From: Eledone cirrhosa
Lineage: Eukaryota
DNA length: 64,000 nt
Assembly: GCA_964016885.1 (NCBI GenBank)
Contig: OZ024741.1
Coordinates: 75,764,001 to 75,828,000, forward strand
Direction of reading: 5' to 3'
Shown here: positions 14,714 through 29,315 of the stretch, piece after piece
Layout of the letters: every line of letters begins with the position of its first letter
How positions within the stretch are numbered: position 1 is the stretch's first letter
Notes under the pieces: model-generated
Told to the model about the DNA's origin: nothing
The model's database searches: none
What the model saw: only the letters and a program-made list of their open reading frames with translations
Program-made: the position numbers and the translations under genes

Positions 14714-14771
14714 ATACTATGATCATTTCAATGACCGGGTTCGGTATGAATCCGGTGATATCATCAGGTAT
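14714..14771 (-). ncRNA. Minimal type I hammerhead ribozyme within element 14662-15057
   Basis: Minus strand: atac-CTGATGA-tatcaccggattc(atacc)gaacccggtcatt-GAAA-TGATCA-TA-gtat. Confidence 0.75.
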
Positions 14772-15231
14772 TCGAACATATATAATCAAGGTTTAGCAAA
14801 TAAGAAAAAGTTTTAAAATAAATTTTTTAAAATTCACTGTACCTGCTATGGTTACCTTTACCGTACGGTTTTGAGTCTCAAAAATAAATGGATAGTCCTT
14901 ACGGGCCTCCATTGAAAAGAAAAACTCTCGTCAGAAGGTTTTTTTCAGTCCGAGAATATAAAATTCCCGAGTTCGAATTACGAACTGGCGCTATTCAAAA
15001 TTGTTCCCGAGATGAGAATGAATGATGTGGAAGCAATTCTGTCCAGTGACGTGTGCATATATATATATATACCTATATATATATATAAATATATATGTAG
15101 AAGTTCTATTTAAATTGTTGGGATACAACAAGCAAATATTTTTATAACTGATATAAAGCACTCAACAAATTATTGGAATAAAAATACGATATATTAACAA
15201 ATGGAAACTATATTTATAAAACCATATTTAT

Positions 15232-15290
15232 TTCATTATACATATTTCAAGGACACGAAGTTAAATTATGATGTGCTTTCATCAGATAAA
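15232..15290 (-). ncRNA. Minimal type I hammerhead ribozyme, homolog of 22355-22416
   Basis: Minus strand: tttat-CTGATGA-aagcacat...gtgtcctt-GAAA-TATGTA-TA-atgaa. Confidence 0.7.
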
Positions 15291-15302
15291 ATATAATATA
15301 AA

Positions 15303-15463
15303 TCAGTTTTATAAATAAATATTGACATACCCTTAAAGAATGCGACCATTTCTGTTGGAAGCTCCCAGATTAAAATTCTCCCTAGAGAATTTTAATCCGG
15401 GAGCTTCCAACAGAAATGGTCGCATTCTTTAAGGGTATGTCAATATTTATTTATAAAACTGAT
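15303..15463. repeat. Near-perfect ~160-bp palindrome at the 5' end of a PLE pseudo-LTR fragment
   Basis: atcagttttataaat...aaaattctc(ccta)gagaatttt...ataaaactgat. Confidence 0.9.
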
Positions 15464-15665
15464 CTATATTATATATAAATATATATATATATGTATATAT
15501 ATGTATATGTATATATATGTATATATATATATATGTACGTATATATATAAATATATATATATGTATATATATGTATATATATATTTATATGTACGTATAT
15601 ATATATGTATATATATATGTATATATGTACGTATATATATAAATATATATATATATATATGTACG

Positions 15666-15696
<31 letters not shown>

Positions 15697-15733
15697 GTAC
15701 GTATATATATAAATATATATATATATATGTACG

Positions 15734-15765
<32 letters not shown>

Positions 15766-15795
15766 CGTATATATATAAATATATATATATATATA

Positions 15796-15828
<33 letters not shown>

Positions 15829-15844
15829 GTACGTATATATAAAT

Positions 15845-15898
<54 letters not shown>

Positions 15899-15916
15899 GT
15901 ATATATATAAATATAT

Positions 15917-15990
<74 letters not shown>

Positions 15991-16012
15991 GTATATATAT
16001 AAATATATATAT
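15464..16012. repeat. Compound (TA)n microsatellite with recurring gtacg and aaa interruptions
   Basis: Direct reading. Confidence 0.95.
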
Positions 16013-19000
16013 GAAGATAGACATAGAATATTCGAAAATATTCTGTATGTTTATAATAAACATTTTGAAGACCTAATTGCTATAGAATAGAATACGTCAC
16101 GTATTACAATTAGATTCTCGACAAAAGCAAGGGAAGTAACCTACGCGTTTCATTCTTATTAGAAATCTTCAGGATTACATATCCAGTGCTTTTATCGAGA
16201 ATGACACAGCTAGAGACTTATAGAATACTTAGCTGTGTACAGGAACTGGTTTGAAAGAGCGGTTGCCGGTCCGGCAGAAATTAGAAATTGGATTAAATGC
16301 TCTGAAATAGCGATATATATGTGAAGATAGACATAGAATATTCGAAAATATTCTGTATGTTTATAATAAACATTTTGAAGACCTAATCGCTATAGAATAG
16401 AATACGTCACGTATTACAATTAGATTCTCGACAAAAGCAAGGGAAGTAACCTACGCGTTTCATTCTTATTAGAAATCTTCAGGATTACATATCCAGTGCT
16501 TTTATCGAGAATGACACAGCTAGAGACTTATAGAATACTTAGCTGTGTACAGGAACTGGTTTGAAAGAGCGGTTGCCGGTCCGGCAGAAATTAGAAATTG
16601 GATTAAATGCTCTGAAATAGCGATATATATGTGAAGATAGACATAGAATATTCGAAAATATTCTGTATGTTTATAATAAACATTTTGAAGACCTAATCGC
16701 TATAGAATAGAATACGTCACGTATTACAATTAGATTCTCGACAAAAGCTAGAGAAGTAACCTACGCGTTTCATTCTTATTAGAAATCTTCAGGATTACAT
16801 ATCCAGTGCTTTTATCGAGAATGACACAGCTAGAGACTTATAGAATACTTAGCTGTGTACAGGAACTGGTTTGAAAGAGCGGTTGCCGGTCCGGCAGAAA
16901 TTAGAAATTGGATTAAATGCTCTGAAATAGCGATATATATGTGAAGATAGACATAGAATATTCGAAAATATTCTGTATGTTTATAATAAACATTTTGAAG
17001 ACCTAATTGCTATAGAATAGAATACGTCACGTATTACAATTAGATTCTCGACAAAAGCAAGGGAAGTAACCTACGCGTTTCATTCTTATTAGAAATCTTC
17101 AGGATTACATATCCAGTGCTTTTATCGAGAATGACACAGCTAGAGACTTATAGAATACTTAGCTGTGTACAGGAACTGGTTTGAAAGAGCGGTTGCCGGT
17201 CCGGCAGAAATTAGAAATTGGATTAAATGCTCTGAAATAGCGATATATATGTGAAGATAGACATAGAATATTCGAAAATATTCTGTATGTTTATAATAAA
17301 CATTTTGAAGACCTAATCGCTATAGAATAGAATACGTCACGTATTACAATTAGATTCTCGACAAAAGCAAGGGAAGTAACCTACGCGTTTCATTCTTATT
17401 AGAAATCTTCAGGATTACATATCCAGTGCTTTTATCGAGAATGACACAGCTAGAGACTTATAGAATACTTAGCTGTGTACAGGAACTGGTTTGAAAGAGC
17501 GGTTGCCGGTCCGGCAGAAATTAGAAATTGGATTAAATGCTCTGAAATAGCGATATATATGTGAAGATAGACATAGAATATTCGAAAATATTCTGTATGT
17601 TTATAATAAACATTTTGAAGACCTAATCGCTATAGAATAGAATAGAATACGTCACGTATTACAATTAGATTCTCGACAAAAGCAAGGGAAGTAACCTACG
17701 CGTTTCATTCTTATTAGAAATCTTCAGGATTACATATCCAGTGCTTTTATCGAGAATGACACAGCTAGAGACTTATAGAATACTTAGCTGTGTACAGGAA
17801 CTGGTTTGAAAGAGCGGTTGCCGGTCCGGCAGAAATTAGAAATTGGATTAAATGCTCTGAAATAGCGATATATATGTGAAGATAGACATAGAATATTCGA
17901 AAATATTCTGTATGTTTATAATAAACATTTTGAAGACCTAATCGCTATAGAATAGAATACGTCACGTATTACAATTAGATTCTCGACAAAAGCTAGAGAA
18001 GTAACCTACGCGTTTCATTCTTATTAGAAATCTTCAGGATTACATATCCAGTGCTTTTATCGAGAATGACACAGCTAGAGACTTATAGAATACTTAGCTG
18101 TGTACAGGAACTGGTTTGAAAGAGCGGTTGCCGGTCCGGCAGAAATTAGAAATTGGATTAAATGCTCTGAAATAGCGATATATATGTGAAGATAGACATA
18201 GAATATTCGAAAATATTCTGTATGTTTATAATAAACATTTTGAAGACCTAATTGCTATAGAATAGAATACGTCACGTATTACAATTAGATTCTCGACAAA
18301 AGCAAGGGAAGTAACCTACGCGTTTCATTCTTATTAGAAATCTTCAGGATTACATATCCAGTGCTTTTATCGAGAATGACACAGCTAGAGACTTATAGAA
18401 TACTTAGCTGTGTACAGGAACTGGTTTGAAAGAGCGGTTGCCGGTCCGGCAGAAATTAGAAATTGGATTAAATGCTCTGAAATAGCGATATATATGTGAA
18501 GATAGACATAGAATATTCGAAAATATTCTGTATGTTTATAATAAACATTTTGAAGACCTAATCGCTATAGAATAGAATACGTCACGTATTACAATTAGAT
18601 TCTCGACAAAAGCAAGGGAAGTAACCTACGCGTTTCATTCTTATTAGAAATCTTCAGGATTACATATCCAGTGCTTTTATCGAGAATGACACAGCTAGAG
18701 ACTTATAGAATACTTAGCTGTGTACAGGAACTGGTTTGAAAGAGCGGTTGCCGGTCCGGCAGAAATTAGAAATTGGATTAAATGCTCTGAAATAGCGATA
18801 TATATGTGAAGATAGACATAGAATATTCGAAAATATTCTGTATGTTTATAATAAACATTTTGAAGACCTAATCGCTATAGAATAGAATACGTCACGTATT
18901 ACAATTAGATTCTCGACAAAAGCAAGGGAAGTAACCTACGCGTTTCATTCTTATTAGAAATGTTCAGGATTACATATCCAGTGCTTTTATCGAGAATGAC

Positions 19001-20150
19001 ACAGCTAGAGACTTATAGAATACTTAGCTGTGTACAGGAACTGGTTTGAAAGAGCGGTTGCCGGTCCGGCAGAAATTAGAAATTGGATTAAATGCTCTGA
19101 AATAGCGATATATATGTGAAGATAGACATAGAATATTCGAAAATATTCTGTATGTTTATAATAAACATTTTGAAGACCTAATCGCTATAGAATAGAATAC
19201 GTCACGTATTACAATTAGATTCTCGACAAAAGCTAGAGAAGTAACCTACGCGTTTCATTCTTATTAGAAATCTTCAGGATTACATATCCAGTGCTTTTAT
19301 CGAGAATGACACAGCTAGAGACTTATAGAATACTTAGCTGTGTACAGGAACTGGTTTGAAAGAGCGGTTGCCGGTCCGGCAGAAATTAGAAATTGGATTA
19401 AATGCTCTGAAATAGCGATATATATGTGAAGATAGACATAGAATATTCGAAAATATTCTGTATGTTTATAATAAACATTTTGAAGACCTAATCGCTATAG
19501 AATAGAATACGTCACGTATTACAATTAGATTCTCGACAAAAGCAAGGGAAGTAACCTACGCGTTTCATTCTTATTAGAAATCTTCAGGATTACATATCCA
19601 GTGCTTTTATCGAGAATGACACAGCTAGAGACTTATAGAATACTTAGCTGTGTACAGGAACTGGTTTGAAAGAGCGGTTGCCGGTCCGGCAGAAATTAGA
19701 AATTGGATTAAATGCTCTGAAATAGCGATATATATGTGAAGATAGACATAGAATATTCGAAAATATTCTGTATGTTTATAATAAACATTTTGAAGACCTA
19801 ATCGCTATAGAATAGAATACGTCACGTATTACAATTAGATTCTCGACAAAAGCAAGGGAAGTAACCTACGCGTTTCATTCTTATTAGAAATCTTCAGGAT
19901 TACATATCCAGTGCTTTTATCGAGAATGACACAGCTAGAGACTTATAGAATACTTAGCTGTGTACAGGAACTGGTTTGAAAGAGTGGTTGCCGGTCCGGC
20001 AGAAATTAGAAATTGGATTAAATGCTCTGAAATAGCGATATATATGTGAAGATAGACATAGAATATTCGAAAATATTCTGTATGTTTATAATAAACATTT
20101 TGAAGACCTAATCGCTATAGAATAGAATACGTCACGTATTACAATTAGAT
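16013..20150 (-). repeat. Tandem array of a 310-bp unit (13 full copies plus ~103 bp), each with an HHR; retrozyme-like
   Basis: Unit starts at 16013, 16323, 16633, 16943, 17253, 17563, 17878 (5-bp aatag insertion in copy 6), 18188, 18498, 18808, 19118, 19428, 19738, 20048; copies differ by 0-3 changes. Confidence 0.97.
16136..16178 (-). ncRNA. Minimal type I hammerhead ribozyme (first of 13 in the array)
   Basis: Minus strand: GTAATC-CTGAAGA-tttct(aata)agaat-GAAA-CGCG-TA-GGTTAC; predicted cut between 16142 and 16141. Confidence 0.85.
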
Positions 20151-20180
20151 ATATTAGATATATATATATATATATATACG

Positions 20181-22222
<2,042 letters not shown>

Positions 22223-25200
22223 GCAAAAGTTTTATATAAAATTGTTGGGTTACAACAAGTAAATATTTTATAACTGATATAAAGCACTCGACAAGTTTTG
22301 GAGTAGATATACGATATTAAACAAATGGAAACTATATTTATAAAACCATATTTATTTCAATATACATATTTCGGGGATACCATATTAAAAATATGGCATG
22401 CCCTCTTCAGATAAAATACAATATATAAACATTTTATAAATAATTTTGACGTACCATAAATATTGACCAACCGTTATGTAAAAAGTTGGTTTGGTAGTGA
22501 GATGTTTACAAATATTTAGTGTTAAGCACAGTTAAAAAGAAAGACAGAGAAAAAGAAGAAATGTATGTAAAGAAAAACAGAGAGAAATAGAGAGAGATAG
22601 GGGAGAGAGAAATAGTGAGGAGGTGAAAAAAGAGAAGCAGTTGAGGCAACAGATGAATAATAATAATTCATCATACAAATTGAGAGATTTAGGAGGGAGG
22701 GTGTACTGTAATTATTTAGTTATAGTGTTAAGGACAGTTGGGGAGGGGGCGGAGAGAAAATAAGAAATGAAGAGAAAACAGAGAGAGAGAGAGATAGATG
22801 TGGGGGGAGAATAGAGGTAGCCCAAATAATAATAATTATATATGGGGAGGTGAGAGAAATAGGAGAGAAATGAGAGAGAAACAAGAGAGAAACTCGAGAG
22901 GCAAAGTTAAAACAACCGATACATAGATTTCATCATATATAAAGAGGGAGGAGAAGAAAGAGCTATATCTAGAGAGAGGGATGATAGATTTACATCTTTA
23001 CGTTATGTCCTATCAATTTGAATTATCAATTCATATGAATTGGGTAATATAATGTAAATATCAATATTCATGAATGAGACATAGATATATAATGTGTGAA
23101 AATAATTTTGCTCAACAATGACCATATGTTTAGTTTAAAAATTCTGAGGTCGATGTACCAAAACTGAGATAAAACTTCAAAAAATACGGAAATATACATA
23201 CACATGCATATGCATTTTCCGGAAAAGGAAAGAAAGAGAAAAAGAGAAGGTCATCTCAAGTTCTAGTTGACACTATAGACATACCCATGATTTTACGTGA
23301 TCAACTCTGTAATTTCTTGTTTCACAGAAAAAAAATTTTTCTTTGTGTTATAAAAGATTTTACTATATATATATATATATATACATAAAAAAATATATTA
23401 ATATTCTTGCCCTCACATACATGATTATCGTTCATGTATAGAATATTATGCATATCTGTAACATATCCAGAACTATACCCACACATACATATATATATAT
23501 ATGTATGCACACGTATATGTACAGATATCAATATATCAGCACAGAGATATCAAAACGTTAAAAATATTTTCATCACTCCCTAGAGTATCTCGGGCCGTAA
23601 AAAACACAGTATGCCCCCCATATCAACCACAGAAATCTACCCTTCCAATTTATCTGACAATATATTGCCAAGTTCATTAGAAGCAATCAGAATCAAAAAG
23701 CAAACAAAAAATCAAAAATTATTCAACAAAACTCATTTAGCAGAAATCATTTAAAGGATTTAGGAGACCCTGTTGTTCTACGGATGCTTTTATATTTAGT
23801 ATAGAAGTTTATCTAGCGTAAAATTTATTCAATAGATTTATTCATCTACATTTTAGGGTAGTTTAATTACATCATTAGTATATATTTATGAAGAAGGTTT
23901 AAAAGAAAAAGTTGAAGGAATCGAAAGATTTATCGTCAGATTTCATACATTAATTAAATATCCTAATTAATTATGCTACATTTTAAATTTATATTTATAT
24001 TTAAACGTTGAGTTCAATCTATGTCTGCAGCAACTGAATAAATTGCTCCTTAAATTAAGGGAATTTTTTTGGATTTTAATATAAAGAATATCTCCTCCAC
24101 ACAGAGGTCACATGTCTCAGATGAGGAATTAAAAGGAATCCCTCTTGAGACAATATTCCAAAACATCGAATACCCAACGTTATCATGTTTAAGTTGCCAG
24201 AGTAAGCCTGATAGTGAAGTTGAGGATTTTTTGTTTGGATCTGTGAAAGAATTCTTATGATTATTGTAGCGAAGTTTAAATTCTGTCGAGGTGGAACCAA
24301 CGTAGTTAAAAGAATTTAAGTTAGTTTTAACATTACAATTGTATATTATATTTTTAACTAAGCAATTGTTATTTAACGGACATTTAGATTTATTTCTACA
24401 GTTACAGTTGTTTAATTGAATATTGTTTTGGCCATTATCGGTATTTTGGCTAGGTTTTAGATTCCTATTATTTATTCTGTTAATATTTTGTGCTAAATTT
24501 TTGGTGGACGAGTATGTTAATTTTATAGTATGTCTATTAAAAATTGAGTGATATTTATGCGTTCTAGGGAAGCGTTTGTCAAGAGCATTAAAAAATAGTT
24601 TAGCAATGTGGGTTTTAATATTTAGTGAGAAAGGGGGGGCAAACCATATTATATTTCTAGTTCTATTTCTTTTCCGGCTTTTGGAATTATTGTAATGTTT
24701 TCTATTATAGTTGTTAAAGTTGTTACTGTAACTAAAATTGTTATTATCTTGGTTAGTTTGCCTATTATTATCGATGTACTTAATTTTATCACTATATCCT
24801 GCTCTAGCTAACGCTTCATTGTAATACTGCGCTTTTTCATCGAAAATATTTTTATTAGATGAAATTCTTGAGATACGTTCTTGAACAGAGTTCACTATAG
24901 TATTTTTAACAGATCTGGGGTGATTAGAGTTAAAATTGACATAATTCAAGTTTTCATTTAGTTTGTGAAATGGATAGTGAAGACATGTGTTGAGATTTAG
25001 TGTTACATCTAGGAAATTGAATATTCTATGGTTATTCTCTATTTCTAATTTTAGATTAAGGTAATTAAAAAATTGTATAATTTGTTTTCTTTTCCTATTT
25101 AGTTCAGAGTTATTATTTTCAATAAGTAAAAGCATGTCATCACGATATAATCCTCCGGTTACAGCAGGTATTTTTCTATGCAGCGAATTAATTATAAATA

Positions 25201-25540
25201 GGCCCACAAGGTCCGTTACCTGAGCTGAGTCAGATGATCCCATAGTGATGTCGAAATTATTATCTCTATCTGCCCTAGTCCATAGTTGGTTATTAAATTC
25301 TATCAATGTTTTCCTTGCCGATAATATAATGTGCATTTCATTGCTAGTTAGGTCTGTATGTTTGAATGCGTAATTTAGTGCCTTATTCAGTAGATTAGGG
25401 GTAATAGATGAATAGTAGTTAGCAATATCTAGTTGAATAAATTTATTATTATTGTTATATTTAATTTCTTTAAACCACTCAATAACCTCACCGGTCCCCT
25501 TCCATAAGTTTAAGTTAGGTAAATTATGTAAGTACATAAA
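22223..25540 (-). mobile_element. Penelope-like element, 5'-truncated, with long 3' region ending in an HHR-bearing pseudo-LTR
   Basis: ORF 24050-25537: QLDIANYY, MGSSDSAQVTDLVG, YRDD, NFLDVT, CNC...CPL, IIY...YVG (GIY-YIG), CDLC; C-terminal CCRH lies in a shifted frame near 24020. Confidence 0.92.
22355..22416 (-). ncRNA. Minimal type I hammerhead ribozyme in PLE 3' pseudo-LTR
   Basis: Minus strand: ttttat-CTGAAGA-gggcatgccatatt(ttt)aatatggtatcccc-GAAA-TATGTA-TA-ttgaaa; stem I is imperfect. Confidence 0.68.
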
Positions 25541-25563
25541 AAGTACATAAGTAAATTATGTAC

Positions 25564-25656
<93 letters not shown>

Positions 25657-25661
25657 TATAA

Positions 25662-25692
<31 letters not shown>

Positions 25693-25693
25693 A

Positions 25694-25724
<31 letters not shown>

Positions 25725-25725
25725 A

Positions 25726-25771
<46 letters not shown>

Positions 25772-25972
25772 TTAGTTATACTATTTATGGTTATGTAAAT
25801 ACAAAACCTTAAGCAGTTGTAAGTATTTTACACACACCCTAAATAGTGGTAGGCAGTATTGTATTACTACCTTATTACCAGTAAGTTAAGTAGCTCAATG
25901 TAAAAACATCAGATGATTTACAGAGCAGTTATATGAAATATAAGAATCAAAGAACTGTTCAAAACATTATTG

Positions 25973-26019
25973 TGCTTACAGCTGTTTCCTCCAAACCGAG
26001 GTTTGGATTCTTCGGAGCA
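25973..26019 (-). ncRNA. Minimal hammerhead ribozyme with U4C core (identical copies at 29565-29611 minus and 30951-30997 plus)
   Basis: tgct-CCGAAGA-atccaaacc(tc)ggtttggag-GAAA-CAGCTG-TA-agca. Confidence 0.75.
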
Positions 26020-26603
26020 ATTTATTAATGCATGGACAGTTATATGACCTCCTTTTCAGCCGAGAGACATACCAATACATATTCAAACATTGATACATAT
26101 TCAAACATTGTGGGTCAACATTCATTACAGAATTTAGAGTGGCAGTACACACTTCGAGATTACATTTATATTAATAGGTACAATCAAAAATCAAAGATAT
26201 AGGTTAAAATACAACATAAAGATAAGCGGTTATATAGTGAAAATGTTATATGTGTGGCACGCATGTGCGTCTTGTTTATATAGTGTGGCAGAGAGAGATA
26301 TGTGTGGTAGAGGCACTTAGGTAGGTAAATAAGAGTGTTAGGTTGGTAGATCTGGTGGCAAATTCTTTATATGATTGATATAGTCTGTGTGTGGAGAAAT
26401 ATTATAAGCATTAAAGATAGTGCAAGCATTAAAAGTGTTATAAGTAATGGAGATGCACAGCGCAGGGATGTCAAGTATTTCATGTACTTCGGCATTTTCA
26501 TGGTCAGGGGAGTATATTTTTCGATTATATGCCCTTCACATAATCCACGGCAATCCAGTTAGAGATCGTAGTCTGGTGTTCTTTAGTTCGATACAGGAGG
26601 TTG

Positions 26604-29315
26604 TTACGTTTCTAGAAACGCCATTGAATACCGCCCGGAAGTGTGTGTGTGGCTAAGGGGAGTTAATGCATGCGGGGAGGTAACTCTGGGGTTTCTGTAT
26701 CTAGCCATTAAAATGTGTCCCAATATAGACCCTAGGTTACGGTTGGAGAAGATAATATTGTGTGTCTCTAGTATACAGAGGTTACAGAATTTATTAGGTG
26801 GTTTGTACGAGGTCGCGCTTCCTATCACTTCCCATTTGAGTGTGTATGGTTTATTTTTAGATTTTAGATAGTGTATGTAGCTAGAAAGTGAGGTGGAGTT
26901 GGCTAGGCTGTGCTTTTTGAACGAGTGGATGTGCGAATTATATCTGATTTTGAAGCAGTTAGAAGTGGAGCCTACATAGGTTTCTGAAGAGTTATTAGTC
27001 GTGACGGTGCATGAGTATATGACATCCTTGGTTAGGCATTTTTTATCTAAAGGGCAGGTTCTATTAGCTCTACAGTTACAATTATCCTGTGCGTTAGTCC
27101 GCTGGTTATGATGTAATGCGGAAGTCCGTGTGGTAGATATAGGATTTTGGGTGTTCGGGTTGACAACCCTGGTGTTATTACTTATACTAGTGTTATTTCT
27201 ATTGTTACTGCCGTTGCTATGGTTGTTTGCTACAGTGGTATTTAGAGGGTTTGCATCCCGTTGTGATTTTGTTTGTTGGAAGTAAGAACTAATTTTACTA
27301 TTATTGCTGCTAGCTATGTGGTATGCTAAGTTAGGCGTCGTAGAGTATGAGATTTTAATGGTGTTTTTGTTTAAGAGGTTGTGGTACTTATGTCCTAGAG
27401 GGAAGTTTTTATCTAGTAGTGAGAAGAAAGCCCTAGGTATGTTGGTGGAGACATTTAGGTTGAAAGGAGGGTTGAAAAATGTATTATTTCTTCTTCTATT
27501 TTTGCTTTTAGTGTTTGGTGTGTTGCTTCCTCCTAAGGCCCCACAGTAATTTCCATGGTAATGGTTACTTCTGGTGGCACCCTCCGCTTTGGTGTACTTG
27601 TGGTTGCTATTCCTATTATTAGATTTCCTCATGGACATGTTGTGCGAGATGATGTTGTAGCTATGTGTTTTCTTAGGTAGGAACTCAATTTCTATATTAT
27701 GGCCGGAGCTAGCTAATGCTTGATTGTAATATTGTGAGTTTTTGCTAAATATGTTTGCGTCATAGGACAGACTAGAGATTCTATTGGACACCCCCTTAGA
27801 GATAGAGTTTAATATTGATCTAGGGTGATTAGACTTGGTATCTACGTAAATAAGTTTCTCATTAGGCTTGTGGAAAGGTGTATATATTTTTGAGTCTAGG
27901 TATAGTGTGGCGTCTAGGAAGTTAACATTTTTAGTGTTTTTGTCCATGGTGATACTAAGGTTAAAGTTTTTGAATGTCTTATGCAGTTGTTTTCTAGTTC
28001 TTTCTATATTAAATTTTTTATATTCTATAAGTAGAAGTGCATCATCGCGGTACAAACCACCGTTGAGGTAAGGGAGGTCCTTATGGATTTCGTTGAGGAG
28101 GTATAGGCCGACCAAATCCGTGACCTGCGCCGAGTCACTAGATCCCATGGTTATGTCGAAGTTGTTGTGCGTATCCTTGCGTGTCCATAGTTGGTCCTCA
28201 AAGGTGATTATGGTTTTACGGGCCGCAAGGATGACATCAACCTGGGCTCTAGTCAGGTCGCTATTGGTCATGGCCATGATAAGTGCCTTATTTAATAGGA
28301 TAGAGGAAATAGAGGTGTAGTACGAATTGATATCAAATTGAATAAATTTTTTGTTCTTATTATTCTTGATATCCTTGAACCATTCAATTACTTCACCCGT
28401 ATTTCCCCATTGTTTAAGGTGTATCTTGTGTTTAATTTGTGGGATGATTTTATCCAAAATCTTCTTGCTGATAATACCAATGTCGGACTTGGAAGGGCAG
28501 ATAAGTCTTATCGTGGGGTTGCTGATGAAGTTCTCCTTATGGTCCTTCAGAGAGAATCTAGGGGGGTTCGGAGTGAAAGGTTGTGTATGCCTCTGTAGTC
28601 CTAGTTTAGACACTATATTATAGCCCTCTACATTAATATCTTCTAAGTTTTTCAAGGTGGTTTTTTTGTAGCTTTTATGTAGTTCATTATATATAAACTT
28701 TCTATAAGTATTATAATCTAGGCTGTATATGTTATTAGTTTTATCTGCGTGTACAATAATTTTATTANNNNNNNNNNNNNNNNNNNNNNNNNNNNNNNNN
28801 NNNNNNNNNNNNNNNNNNNNNNNNNNNNNNNNNNNNNNNNNNNNNNNNNNNNNNNNNNNNNNNNNNNNNNNNNNNNNNNNNNNNNNNNNNNNNNNNNNNN
28901 NNNNNNNNNNNNNNNNNNNNNNNNNNNNNNNNNNNNNNNNNNNNNNNNNNNNNNNNNNNNNNNNNNNATTACTAGTTTTGAATCCATTAATAGAAGTGTT
29001 AAGTTTGTTTAAGAAGGTGTTGCTTTTAATATGGTGCTTATTGTATTTAATGTTCTTAACTAGTTTAACTAGGTCATTTTCAAAGGAGTTAAGTAGAGTG
29101 TTATGAGGGGGGCTTTTAAAGGTTTTAAAGCCGAAGGAGTCAAAATTGTTAGTATTATTCAAGTTGTTAGATTTGTTTCTATCATAATGGAATGTCCTCC
29201 ATCTCACTCTATTGATAAATGAATTTACACTGTTGATCAGCAATTTCTCATATGTATTCCTGGATGGTATTGGTATGTTCTTGGTTGACATGGGGAGTTG
29301 GTCTTTGATTAGCAT
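26604..29315 (-). CDS. PLE reverse transcriptase + GIY-YIG endonuclease (spans a 200-N gap)
   Basis: STKNIPIPS, ADKT, LKDHK...RLI, QFDINSYY, MGSSDSAQ, YRDD, NFLD, CNC...CPL, VIY...YVG, CNLC. Confidence 0.88.
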   Translation of the reverse strand: MLIKDQLPMSTKNIPIPSRNTYEKLLINSVNSFINRVRWRTFHYDRNKSNNLNNTNNFDSFGFKTFKSPPHNTLLNSFENDLVKLVKNIKYNKHHIKSNTFLNKLNTSINGFKTSNXXXXXXXXXXXXXXXXXXXXXXXXXXXXXXXXXXXXXXXXXXXXXXXXXXXXXXXXXXXXXXXXXXXNKIIVHADKTNNIYSLDYNTYRKFIYNELHKSYKKTTLKNLEDINVEGYNIVSKLGLQRHTQPFTPNPPRFSLKDHKENFISNPTIRLICPSKSDIGIISKKILDKIIPQIKHKIHLKQWGNTGEVIEWFKDIKNNKNKKFIQFDINSYYTSISSILLNKALIMAMTNSDLTRAQVDVILAARKTIITFEDQLWTRKDTHNNFDITMGSSDSAQVTDLVGLYLLNEIHKDLPYLNGGLYRDDALLLIEYKKFNIERTRKQLHKTFKNFNLSITMDKNTKNVNFLDATLYLDSKIYTPFHKPNEKLIYVDTKSNHPRSILNSISKGVSNRISSLSYDANIFSKNSQYYNQALASSGHNIEIEFLPKKTHSYNIISHNMSMRKSNNRNSNHKYTKAEGATRSNHYHGNYCGALGGSNTPNTKSKNRRRNNTFFNPPFNLNVSTNIPRAFFSLLDKNFPLGHKYHNLLNKNTIKISYSTTPNLAYHIASSNNSKISSYFQQTKSQRDANPLNTTVANNHSNGSNNRNNTSISNNTRVVNPNTQNPISTTRTSALHHNQRTNAQDNCNCRANRTCPLDKKCLTKDVIYSCTVTTNNSSETYVGSTSNCFKIRYNSHIHSFKKHSLANSTSLSSYIHYLKSKNKPYTLKWEVIGSATSYKPPNKFCNLCILETHNIIFSNRNLGSILGHILMARYRNPRVTSPHALTPLSHTHTSGRYSMAFLET
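28768..28967. other. Assembly gap (200 N)
   Basis: Run of N. Confidence 1.

Noticed and set aside
16013-20150. CRISPR array or protein-coding repeat
   Set aside because: Whole 310-bp units repeat with no unique spacers, no cas genes, no ORF, and the context is eukaryotic
24050-29315. Selenocysteine recoding, as reported for some Naiad PLEs
   Set aside because: Conserved Cys positions are ordinary Cys codons and no in-frame TGA is seen
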